From assembly GCA_964106915.2 (NCBI GenBank), contig OZ066920.1: a DNA stretch of 64,000 nt; one strand, written 5' to 3'. Of the stretch, positions 12,421 to 24,800 are shown piece by piece. A program made the translations under genes and the position numbers. The notes below the pieces were generated by a model that had not been told where the DNA came from, did no database searches, and saw only the letters and a list, made by a program, of their open reading frames with translations. How positions within the stretch are numbered: position 1 is the first letter of the stretch; every line of letters starts with the position of its first letter. Source of the DNA: Podarcis gaigeae. Lineage: Eukaryota.

Positions 12421-15012
12421 GGACCTCCTGGTTGGTCTCCACCCTGAGTGCACCACAACTGACCACTCCAAAGAGATAGGCTTGTCTAAGACTTCACATG
12501 GGAATTTACCTCATTATCGAGAGCAATGCAGGCAAGTTCCTTATCAGTGGTGATAGGCCTGAGAGCCCCACCATCTCTTCCAAGGCCCACTACCCAAGGA
12601 CCCTGGTCAGTACTGCATCTGGCTGAGCTGGCTTAAAAACAGGAATTATGTGTAAGTTATGTGTATTTTAATGAACTGAACAGTGTGTGTATTAACAGTG
12701 CTCAGTTTATATTTTTAGTTGCTATTTTATTAATGCTGCTAATATTGTTTTATAGATTATAAATGCCCTAATGATTTGTTTGCTAAGACTTTTGGTGTAA
12801 TTGTGATGCTTCGCTTATTTTTAGATGCTTTTTTTGTTAATAGTGGTTTACAGATTTGTATTTGTTTCATGGATGATTTGTTAATTTTTTTATATGATTT
12901 TTGCTGTATTTGTAATGTTACATTATGTTTTATCGCTGGCATCCGTCTGCCTTGAGAGACAATGGAGTGCTCCTCTGATAAATAATAATGCAATAATTAA
13001 AACTGAAATACCATATATCTGGAATGTTGTTTCCCCATTCAGTCTGGCTCATTTTTGTGCTGTAACAAATATGCATAGTTATAATATATTATGGCCAATT
13101 TATCCACACCATTATATTTGCCTTTGCAATGACTAGTATGCTTTGACCGAACTACAGACTTTCTTAAATACTGTTTGATCATGTATCATTATATATGCTG
13201 GATTTTAAAAAGAGATGCCAGAAGTTATACACAGAAAAGTCTAGACAGATGTACTATTACTAGCTTGAGACCTCTGTGTAGGTAAACATTTGTGCTCCTG
13301 GACAACATGAACCCAGTCCTGCTACCTCTTCAGTTGTAGCTATTATGGAATTAGCAACATATGACTTCTTTTCCTTTCAGTTCCTGCTTCTGTAGTGGAT
13401 GTATACCAGGGTGTGAGCACACAAAAGATTCTGGTGAATGTGGCTTGCCTGAGCTAAATGGGAATCTCTCCAAAGTGTCCCAAACTGAAGCAGGGACCTC
13501 TGACGCAGTATCAATTGACAAAGTGGTACCATGATAATGGGATTATCTCAACATTAAGTACCTTACAGCACTATGTGATTGATACAAGTCTCTCTAAAAT
13601 AAAATGGCATAACTTCAGTTCAGCCTTTTTTGTCTATCTGTGTTTTAAGAATGTCCATGCATAACAGAAAACCTTGGTTCACTAATATCGTATTCCAGAA
13701 CATTTCTGTATCTGCTGTAGGATTCTATGTTTCAAAAATTAATTGGAAAATGAACTGGAAATTAAAATACAGGAAAACAACAAGGTGGGGGAGGGAGAGA
13801 CATAAACATGCACAGAAGCTCAATCTAGCAATTGTTGCCCCTAGGTAAAGAGTAAGAATGACAGTTTGTGTGCATAGGTCCCGTGTGATATTGCTGCCAT
13901 TTATTCTATAACTCCAGCTGAAAGAAGATGAAAAGAAAAAATATTTTTATCTAACCTTGAGGGATTCGGTTTTGCAGCATGCTTTAGACTAGAGATGATT
14001 GCTAATGGGCAAAAGTTAAAGATGTTAAAACTGCAATATAGTGAATAATTCAACTGGCAAATGCATGACAACTTAAAATTATCTCCTGATAAAGGGGCCA
14101 TCGGGGGAAAAGAGAGAGAGAAATTCCTTGGATTCTTTGTTGTGGGGAACAAATAGAAGCTTTACAGCACAATAAAATCAATCATCCCAATGTAATGGTT
14201 TTTAATAGGCACAGGAGTCACAATGCAAACACAAGGGCTTTTACCTTTCTATAAAGGAAGCAGATACATGTGCACATTGCATTTAACACACGGATTATTA
14301 GAGTCCAGAAAAATGAATGGAGCAGCTGCTGTGTGCAGGGGAGGTGTATGCGCTTATTGGAGAGGTTCTGATGTTTGCATGGTGTGCAAAACACGATTAC
14401 AAAAGCTACAGGAACTTGGACCTCACTTTTCATTTGCTGGTTAGATACACATTCACCCCAGTATAAAATGCATACAGTACAGTATCCTCCTTCAGATGTG
14501 AATGGTGCACACATGCAGGATTAGGAAGGAGTGCCCAGAAGGAGCAGCTAGACTGCAAACTATTTTGTTATATACATTTCGCATTGACAGGATGCATGTG
14601 TATTTTGTCCTAAGCATACGTAGCCAAATAGAAAAAAATGTTTTTGAAGAATCCACCCCATGGCAAAGAGAATAAACATACACAACTGGATACATTGTTA
14701 CAGCCAAGGTTTTTAAAAGAAACAAAAGCAAAATGCATCTTTCCTTGTCTCTTTTACTTTCATCATGACATTAAAAATGCTTAATACAAACTTAATACTA
14801 GGTATAAAAACAGAACACTGAACAAAGATGGCATTCTGGGGGTTGGACTGATTTTATTTTATTTTCTACTAGGAAAATAATGAATTAGCTTTTAAAAAGG
14901 AAAAGTGAATGGGGAAAAAATCACTAATGGTGATGGCTACAAAGATTATGATGAATCAATTATTATGGTAAAGATAGATACATTTTTCTTGAGATGGATA
15001 CTTGTCATTTTA

Positions 15013-16885
15013 TTTTATTTTTTAATATAAATTTTTATTGAATTTTCAACTTTTTTAACACACAAACACACATAAAAACAAAAACAAAACAAAACATCTC
15101 AAATTTCATACTCTTACTTTCGTTGCCTTCTTTCATTGACTTCCCCACACCCCCCTTCCCACCTTCCAATTTCATTAATTATCTCAGCAAGTTATTTCCT
15201 CTCATCTCTTAAATACTATTCTTATCTTTTCTTAAAATTTATCATTTTTACTTGGTCCAGTTTTACTTATCCAATTTTACACATTTAATCCTTTTTCTAA
15301 GGTCGGCCCAAATTCTCTCCCACGAATTCCTCCCTTCTTGTGTTAAACCAAAGATCATAATATTTCAATTCAAAATCTCAGATTCTTACTACTCTACTCT
15401 CCCCTCCCCCCCCTGGCCCGGTTCCTGTCCCTTCCCAAACCAATGTCCTCAAAAGAGGAAAAAAAAACAGTTTAGCCCGGATTTCTCACATCAGAGGCCC
15501 TTAAGCCCCAGTTAGTCTCTCTCCACCAGTTTTGTTGATATTCCTTTTTGTTGGCCCTCTCTTCTCGAGGAAGTTCTGTCACAAGCCCCTCATATTTTCC
15601 TCCTTCCAAATCATTCAGAAACAGTTTCTGCCCAGGATCCACCAATCTCCCATGCTCCAGCCTGAAGAAGAAGTCCCCAATATACTTATTTGTTCTTTTA
15701 TAGTCCAATATTCCAGTTATTCCAGGGGTTTCTTCTTTTAACTTTCTCTCCTTTTGCAGATTTGTAATCCACTGGTCATCTTCTTTGTTTCCTTTGTTCC
15801 CAAAGGTTACAGGCTCTGGATTGATATTCTCCACCTGGACTTCCTCTTCTCCTTCTTCTTCTTTTTCCCCCAGTTCCAAAGTTATCTCTTCTTCTGCAGC
15901 TGCAGAGTTTTTTTCCATTCACTTAATGCCATCCACAGAGTTGTTTAATTTAAGATTGAAGGTCACCAGCTGTTTACTCATGGCCATACTCTGCTCTTGT
16001 AGAATTCCCACAAAAGAAAACATTTTCTCTATCTCTGCCAGTAATTTTCCTTCAGCAGCCATTGCAATGTCTTTAGTTTCCTCCAGGGGGATTACCATCA
16101 TAATTCTTTTCCAACAGTCTGTTACTTTGTTATTCAGAATTACTTTGTTTCCAGTCAATTCAGTTTTATTGTAGCACTTTTAATCCAAAAAGATATTTGT
16201 AACACAGTTCCAGGCCTTGGCCAGCCGTTTGACAGCTCTTTTGACAGCTGTCAAACTCTTTATTCTTTCCTCGGGCTCACACGCAGGGCGCTCCCGGGTT
16301 CCCAAAAAAGGGGGGGGGGGTTAACCAGAAAAGAAAAACTTCTGAAATTTCTCTCTCCTCCTCTCCAGCACAGTGACTTCTTAGTCCAATTCGTAAAAGT
16401 TATCTGTTTAAACACCAAAGTCTTTCCGCCTTAATGCTCCTCTCCTTGCTTTAAAACTTTTGGTGGGGGGGGGGGAGTGTGGACTTCCTTTTTAACACGT
16501 CCCCCGATCGTACTCGAATTCAAGGATAAAAACTTTAGTGCCGAAATTTCATTTTACTCACGGGTTGCTTGTTTCAGTCCAAATTTCAGGAAGAAAGACA
16601 GCGCTCTTCGGTCATGGCTCGCGGCTTCGCTCCGCCGAGGTAGCGATGAACTCTCAGCACCGCACCGCTCTCCAGTCCACTCCGTAGCCTTTAAAAAGGC
16701 TCTTCGCGGGTCGGGGAGGGCGCTTAAGGTGCCCACCGAGTTACCAGGTCTGCAGGCTTCCGCGCCTGCGGTTTTTAAGGGTCCCCGTGTCGCCGGCACG
16801 GCAAGACCCGTCCTCGACGGAGCCGATTCCCTCCGGAGCTCAGAGGGAATCCGCCATTACCCGTTCGCGCTATCCCGGAAGTCTC
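15013..16885 (-). mobile_element. Full-length ~1.87-kb non-autonomous L1-dependent retroelement (HAL1-like), single ORF, no RT
   Basis: TSD gatacttgtcattt(ta) at 14997 and 16886. The target reads TT/AAAA in element sense. 5' end GAGACTTCCGG...AATGGCGG, G-rich 3' UTR, AATAAA (~15039-15034) and an A-rich tail. Confidence 0.85.
15472..16101 (-). pseudogene. Element-encoded ORF (~196-209 aa) interrupted by one TGA; unknown product
   Basis: ORFs 15919-16158 and 15472-15918 are contiguous and in frame, separated only by the TGA at 15921-15919. ATGs lie at 16101, 16098 and 16062 (gcaATGg). Confidence 0.65.
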
Positions 16886-17777
16886 GATACTTGTCATTTT
16901 AAAAGCATCATAGCAAGAAAAAGTGGCCCATCCTGTCAGATTGGATTTAGCCCTGCTATGCATTTCCTCTTGTACCATTCCTCCCAACTTGGTCAGATAT
17001 TGTCTCGGAGATTGATACTAATCCCAGTCCAAAAGGTGCAAAGGGACACTCAGCCAGCAATCCCCTTTCCTCTGTGCTGCAACACAAGCAGTTTTTTAAT
17101 CTCTCATAAATGCAAAACAGGGTGCATTGAGAGTGATTGAATGATAACAGTAATAGTGTATGGATTTTATTGTGTTGTTTTTTTAAAAAAAAATGATGTG
17201 GATGCAGGCATGACTGCATAGGTAAAAGGGCCCTCTGCATCAAAGTTCTAGCCTGGTTAAAGAGGGCTGGCCTATGATGACATCTTGCTCTCTGAGGCAA
17301 TGGACAAGATGGCAACCCCTCCCTCATAGCACATGCAGAAGGGAACTGGATTGGCTGTTATACCACATCATACACCACACCAGAGGGTAGCAGGCCAGTG
17401 TAAAGCTCACACTGCATGCACAGCTTTGTCTTCCAATGGAGGAAAATAGTTGGGGGTGGAAAGACTTGGAAGGATGACCGCCTCCTTGCCCCAATACTCT
17501 TTAGCATGTTGCCTAAGATGGCCCCTCTACCTAATGCTGGGGCTGACCTTGAAGCTGAAGGAGCACCAGAGGTAATCTGATGGAGAGTCAGACAAAACTA
17601 AGTAACAGCTTCTGTCACAGATACAATATCAGATCCAATGCTTATGCCAATTTCTATTAGAATATGCTCGCCCTTGATTATTTGAGAACATGGAACTATT
17701 ATTTGGCTATTCACTTTGTGTAAGGGAGAGACACTACACCTGCCAGCAATTCCTCATTCTTCACATGATGTCTACTT

Positions 17778-17911
17778 CAGGTATAGGCAAACTCGGCCCT
17801 CCAGATGTTTTGGGACCACAACTCCCATCATCTGAGCACTGGTCCTGTTAGCTAGGGATGATGGGAGTTGTAGTCCCAAAACACCTAGATGGCCGAGTTT
17901 GCCTATGCCTG
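17778..17911. mobile_element. hAT-derived MITE, same family as 10180-10315
   Basis: TIRs caggtataggcaaactcggcc / ggccgagtttgcctatgcctg and a perfect 8-bp TSD gtctactt. Confidence 0.9.
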
Positions 17912-18417
17912 GTCTACTTGATTCATATGCATGTAGGGTCCCAGAGACGGACTTTGGAAATCTTTTGTAATATGGCACCATGTGTGAGGCCATTTGGTGT
18001 CCCCAAATGGATCTTCTCAGTTATGGATCTTCCAAATTTTGTGCCTCCTTGGCTTGGCACCCTTTGTGAGGCAACCACCTGCACTACCCTAAATCTGGCA
18101 CACAGGATCCTGTTTGTGAGCCTCCGTCAAATATGGTGATCCTGCATAGCAGATGTAGCTTACAGAACAAGTGTCCATCAAGGAATGACTTGCTGCCTGA
18201 AGTTTTGAGGATACTGTTTTGATCCTCTGTAAAAGTAGAAAACGTTCTCCATCAAAAAAGAGATCAAACATTGCACTTTGTTCATCAATATTAACAGATT
18301 AAAAACAAATACTATTTGTTTTAATGTTCACCAATATATGGGGATGAGAGAGCTAGGTAACTTGCAGGTTCCACTTGTACCATCTTCATCCCAGTACTTA
18401 AATATATATGCAAAATA

Positions 18418-18656
18418 CAGTGTTACCTCGGGTTAAGTACTTAATTCGTTCTGGAGGTCTGTTCTTAACCTGAAACTGTTCTTAACCTGAAGCACCACTT
18501 TAGCTAATGGGGCCTCCAGTGGCTGTGCCGCCAGAGCCCGATTTCTGTTCTTATCCTGAAGCAAAGTTCTTAACCTGGAGCACTATTTCTGGGTTAGCGG
18601 AGTCTATAACCTGAAGCGTATGTAACCTGAAGCGTATGTAATCTGAGGTACCACTG
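18418..18656. mobile_element. Tc1/mariner (pogo/Tigger-like) MITE, ~240-bp family
   Basis: TIR cagtgttacctcgggtta / taatctgaggtaccactg, with TA on both sides. Confidence 0.88.
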
Positions 18657-21437
18657 TAATCTAGTAAAGTAGAACATGATAACTTTAAATTGTACAACCT
18701 AATTTTGTGCATATTTCTTTGGCAACATACCCAGATACATTCAATTAGACTTATGGAGGGTAAGCGTGCATGGGGTTTCAAACTCTGATGCACTTAACTG
18801 CGACTGAACCTCAATGAATACAGTGAGTCTTGAAAAGCAGCATACGATAGTGCTGTAAAAATAACACTTCAACTGAAAGGTACCACTTTATCACAACACA
18901 TTACCTGTTTCAATATGGACATGTGCTGACCGATTCCTGAAAAAAAATCCATTACGTGGATATTAATGTTACTCCTATTTAACATTACACTAGTGACATG
19001 GTGTGCAAACTAGATGCAATTTTATTGTCTGGCACAAGGACCAAGGAAGCTGATATTTCGGCCAACAGAATTTACTAATTTGCTTGTGCGTTTGCTACTC
19101 ATTTGAAGAATAAAAGCTAGTATTTCATTCCTCATAAGAGACTTATCAAAAAGTAAAAAGCTAAAGAATAAAACAAGAACAAATTAAATGGTGTTGAAAG
19201 CCTCAAGGGGAAAAGTAATTCAGTTTGCGTTGCTTGGGATTTTAATTGCTGGCAAATTATATTTTGGAATGCATTCAGGAGATGAAATGGTTTCTGCTCT
19301 GTTTTGTAAATCATTTTCATATTTTACAGGCATGCAGCCAACTGGTTATAATGACATATTGAACTCAAAGTCCCACATGATGTGTACTGATGATACACTC
19401 ATACTGAAAAGAGGATTTCCAACTATGCTTTCTAACTATATCTAACCATCTGTCTATCTATGAACTGTTGACTGCAAAAGAATATGAATATATGAATATA
19501 GCCTTGTAAATAATTATTCAGTAGATACTCATTCACCTGGTCCTTTACCTATCTGCACACCTGCCCCACCTCCACCATCAAACAAAGGGACAACTTTTCT
19601 CCAGCTAGCACAGTAATTTGATTAGTAGCACTAGAAGTAATTATTAGAGAGATAACTAGTCAAAAAACAAAGGTTGGTAGCTCTTCTCTTAGTTTTTCTC
19701 ATTTACTTCTTCTTACTGTATTGCCGATTTAAGACTAACACACAGGCTATTGAGTTCAAGAGTTGCTCAAATTTGCATCTCTTTGATGTTGGCATTTAAA
19801 CTGTTCTAAACTCAAATCTATAAACTGCATGCAACTTTTTTCCCCGTTGAGTATCTCCATGTTTTGTAAGTGTCAAATGCCACCAACGCAAGTTCCCAAA
19901 TAGAATGCTGCACACCAAGTATCAGCCCGTGCAATGCAACATGCTGTCCATTGAAAAAAAAGAAAGACATGTTTTCCTCCTTATTTTTCCTACCAGCTAT
20001 GATGTTATTCATGAACCTTGAGGACACTTAGCCCTAAACTGGGATTTTGGCACTATGAAGACAGGGTGCTTTTGAACAGGACTGCACCTCTTGGGATTAT
20101 TCTGCTTCAGAATAGCCTTAGAAAGACTGCAAGTTCAATTTCTTGTCATGACAAAATCTCTCCATACCATCACTTCATGATAAGGCTACCCCAGAAGCCA
20201 CTTCATTGACATGCTAGCTTTCACAGGCAGGGTATATTTGATATCAGCATCCATTCATGCAATTTCCTTCTCCAAGAACATTCTGAATAGCTAGATTCTC
20301 ACTGGAGAAATAAAGAGGAATAATTTACGCTCACTTTCTCTAAATGGATAGCTTTTAAAGTACTGGAAATTATGGAGATAAATAAACAGGCCAAATTCAA
20401 ATGACCATAAGGAGTTATACACTTAAGTCCTACTTTATGAGAAGTCTGGGGATAATAATTTTGTACTTATAAAAGTTGCATTATTAATTTAAAAGGATAT
20501 GCCTGTGGTTTAACATCTAAATAATTTTAAAGCAAAATTTCTTTTTCCTTTTCAAGCGATAAGTTCATAATGTTATTGAATGTGCTTAAAAAGCCCAGCC
20601 CTATGACAGAAAGAAGAGGCACATTGTTTTTCTACCTTGCAACAGTGACCAGTTTTGAGCCACATTAACCAGAGGCTCATGAAATCTAAGGATTTGCCTG
20701 AGGTCCAACAAGATTGTTTACCCTTTTTTATCCATGCTAGCTAACTGCAGGAGGTAACCATCAAACAGAGCATGCAGGCAATACGCTGAGAGGTCCTAGG
20801 GAGGTTGCAAGACATTTGAGATGGGGTACCTGCCAAAGTTAACCTATCTCCTGATGAAATGCTGATGAGCAAGAATGAACAGCTCCATCCTGCAAGCTAC
20901 TGCTTCCTCATTGCCCATAAATTTATCTTGGGGTATGGGAAGAAGGAGAAAGACATTAGTGAGTACTCCCCACACTCTGACAGAGAATTTCTGGGCACTT
21001 TTACTGAATACTCATAAAAGCTCAAGCCTCTGGGGCATTTGATTGGAACACATGCAAAGGCTTGTCTTCTTTTAGGAATAACTTTCCTAGGACCTTTACT
21101 GCTAAGGGAGGTGGGCTATTAGAAGAGAGATTCAAGCATGTTGGGCACTTGCTGAGACCCAAGTGTGGTCACCCTTGTTCTTAGGCCAATGGCAGCTGTA
21201 ATGTTGTGGGGTAATCTGGTCCTCTGCTAGTGCATAGTAGTGGTTTGTCAGATGTGGGATTGCAATAATTGGTGATGACTGCTGCCCAGTGGTATTGTTA
21301 GATGCTTAAAGGACTTAAGTACCATGAAAAAACTTTTGCATAAAATTTGCATATGTATTGATGAACATTAAAGGCTGACTTTCAGAAGCAAAAACACAGC
21401 CTGTGTCTCTCGATGTCAGGGTTTACCCTAAGCTATG

Positions 21438-21801
21438 GGGACACGGGTGGTACTGTGGTCTAAACCACAAAGCCTAGGGCTTGCCGATCAGAAGGTCGGC
21501 AGTTCGAATCCGCACGATGGGGTGAGCTCCTGTTGTTCAGTCCCAGCTCCTGCCCACCTAGCAGTTCGAAAGCACGTCAAGTGCAAGTAGATAAATAGGT
21601 ACTGCTCCGGCGGGAAGGTGAACAGCCTTTCTGTGCGCTGCTCTGGTTCACCAGAAGCGGCTTAGTCATGCTGGCCACATGACCCAGAAGCTGTCTGTGG
21701 ACAAACGCCGGCTCCCTCGGCCTATAGAGCAAGATGAGAGCTGCAACCCCAGAGTCATTTGTGACTGGACTTAATGGTCAGGGGTACCTTTACCTTTACC
21801 T
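21438..21801 (+). mobile_element. Sauria (Squam1) SINE, full length
   Basis: gggacacgggtgg head, B-box gttcgaatcc, (ACCTTT)n tail, and a short tatgg(gg) duplication at the flanks. Confidence 0.9.
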
Positions 21802-24800
21802 TATGGGGTACCAACAGGATTTTCTGGGCCCAGCACATTACATGTGGATTGGGCCCTCCATAAACTGAGATGGGGAGTCTCAGCAGCACTGCACTTTACA
21901 GCCACCTGCCCTGTAGTTAAAGGACTTTCTTTTTTAAAGTGTGGAGGGCAAAGACTGAGCCCCAGTACAAAATACCTAGGTGTTGGCCACCTGGGCTATC
22001 CTCAAACAATGTTCCTGCTGCTGGCAGAGTGGGGTCAGTGATGTATGGACCATGAGTTGGGTGATAATCATATGATGTAACAGCTCATAAGTAGGCCTGC
22101 TGTCCATGGTACTGCAATAATGGTACAATTATCTAGAGTGTGGTTCAAGGACAAGCAAAATTGTGCCACACACATTAGCCCGGCTACCCTTGCCAGACTC
22201 TTCGGTCATTTATTCAGGCAGGGTTATAACCACTACACTTGATAACAGTGTGATCCATTTTAATCCCAGTTCCTGATGTATGCTTCATTATTTCTTTAAT
22301 CTACAATTTGAACTTCTAGAACTTTGGGGATTTCAGTAAAGTTATAAATGCAAGGCAAAATACTGCAATTGCCTTATGTGCTTCTTTCCTTTCTTCTCTC
22401 AATTTTATGTTGCTTGTGAAATTATTTGATTTCAGAAAATAACTAATCCCCATTAGACTAGACTAAACTGGAACAGACTAAAAACTAGCAATTCTGTTCA
22501 TGCAGTGGAATTATTTTGCATATTGTTTCAATAATTCCAATCTATTTCTGCATGGCCCTACCTTTCTAACCACTTTTGACCTTGGCTGTTGTAGGAATTG
22601 AAAGCATCTGCTTATGTGAAATGGCATTAGATTGTTTTTTAGATTAGTATAGTTTGACATAGAGTCTAGTATATGCAAGCCCACATGAGAATATGCACAA
22701 AGAGATAAACATATGGGATGAATAAGGCAATACTCTGTTGATAGCATTAACCAAAATAAAAATAAAAATGTTATCATGTGAATTGGCTCAAAGAGAATTA
22801 GGTTTCCTTCTGTATCCTTTCTAATGATATATTTTATTCAAGTTTGGGTTAGAGATTTCTTTCCTTCTATCAAAAGAATGCCTATCATAGGCTTACAAGA
22901 AACTTGTTAAAAGAGAATTTGATTAGACTAAATCTACTTGTTATTTGACAATAATGCAGCATTAATGGAATAACGCAACGAATAATGGAATTAAGAACTC
23001 TGAAACAGCTCAAACAACATCCCATTACACCAGACTAATTCCACTATTTCAGCAGTAATCTGTTTCACAGCACACCGGAGTGCTTATGCAGTCAAAGCAA
23101 GGAACAGTTGCCAGGGAAACCAATCAATTGAAGATACCTTGTGTGAAAAAGCAAATCGGGGAGGGGGGATATGAAATGGCTGCACATGGTATTTTGCCAA
23201 CTCAAGGTAAGTATGATATTATTTCCTTATCTTCTAGTTAAGTTAATGATCAAGTAAATATTATCATCGCCACCCTCTGCCCCAAAAGGAAAAGACTGGG
23301 TGGACGCATGTATATATGTTCACACTATATATTTAAGACAAAGGTCAACACATGCACAGGACACTTTTTACTTAAAGCTGTTCTGAAGCTAATTTAACAT
23401 GCTGTGAAATAAATTGAAGGTGCAGTCAAAGAACAGAGGCATAATATGAAACCAAGTAGGCACTATTCCAATGAACAGTCCTCATGAACTGGCCAGATTG
23501 AATTCTACTCTTCTGCAGCAACTATTCATTTCATTTCAAATCCCAGTGTGATTTGTTTTCAGATCTGGCTTTAAAAATAATATTTCTCTTATATAGACCC
23601 CCCCCTCCGATTATTCCCTTGGCTGCCAATTGGAAATTTAGAACTATTATTCTGTGAACACATCAAACATTGCTGTATGTAGGAGCTCTACGGGTAATGT
23701 GTAATAATAGGAAGTGTATTTTTCTTACTAATAGTGACCACTTTATAGCCTCCACAGCAACCTATGAATAACCTCCATACCTCTTCTAGCTGATGATAAG
23801 ACCACAAATCATGATTACATTATTTATGCTGCACCTAGGGTTGTCAAAGTGGTTTATATACATTGACAGGCTCCTTGCTTTAAACACACACACAAACACA
23901 CACAGCAAGCCAGAAGTTAATACAATTCAATTCTGAACTTCACAGTTGCGATTATTCATGATTACTCGGATTTATTTCCAGCAAACATTTAGTACTCTTC
24001 ATGATCTCTACAAAAATGCTCATCATGGTTTGATCTGCAAAGTGCAACAAGCATGCCTGAACTATAAAGTTTTGCACTAAGATTTTTTTTAAAAAAAACC
24101 AACAACAAATATGAAAAGAACATTACTGTACATTTAGTAAACTTTGATTATTCAACCAAACTATCTGGTCATCCTGTATTTGAATGGTAGATAAAAATAC
24201 AGCATAGCTGATGTACCAAGACTAAATGAAGAAAAAGTAGCAGAGAAAATGTCTTGCACCAGTAGGTTCAAATTTGCAGTCCCCATATTCCAAAAGATAG
24301 TTGCAGCTTACGTAATGGTAATGTGGTGCTTAGGTAATGTGGTGCTTGCAGGTGTTATTGAAATATAACTTCCATTATCCCAGACCACTGGCCATGCAGG
24401 CTAAGAACAATGCAGTCCAGCAAGTCCAGCAACAACTAAGGTACTCGTGCTGGCCATCTCTTGTGTGCGCTATTGTTCCACACCGTATTCCCTTCTAACT
24501 TTAGGACTGAATATGCTTTTTCACTACCCTGTGCCTTGGCAACAATAGAGAGGATGGGTTTGCTTTCACCTGTAATCAGAAGCCAGGCAAGAGGGGACAT
24601 TTGAAAGCAAACAGAAATATGATTTAACAAACCTAACACAAATTGTTGTGATTTAACAAATTATCTGCACTGTTATCGTGCCAGAACTACTTATACTGCA
24701 AGTACATATTTGTAGATATCGAACAGGAAATTAAGTTTGCCTGAACAACAGGAATAGTGAAAAGAAAAAGGTATGAAAAATATAAAAAGAAAAGACCCTA

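Noticed and set aside
16477-17140. 141-aa and 117-aa plus-strand ORFs (possible antisense ORF0 analogue)
   Set aside because: They have non-ATG starts in the GC-rich 5' UTR and run across the TSD into flanking DNA.
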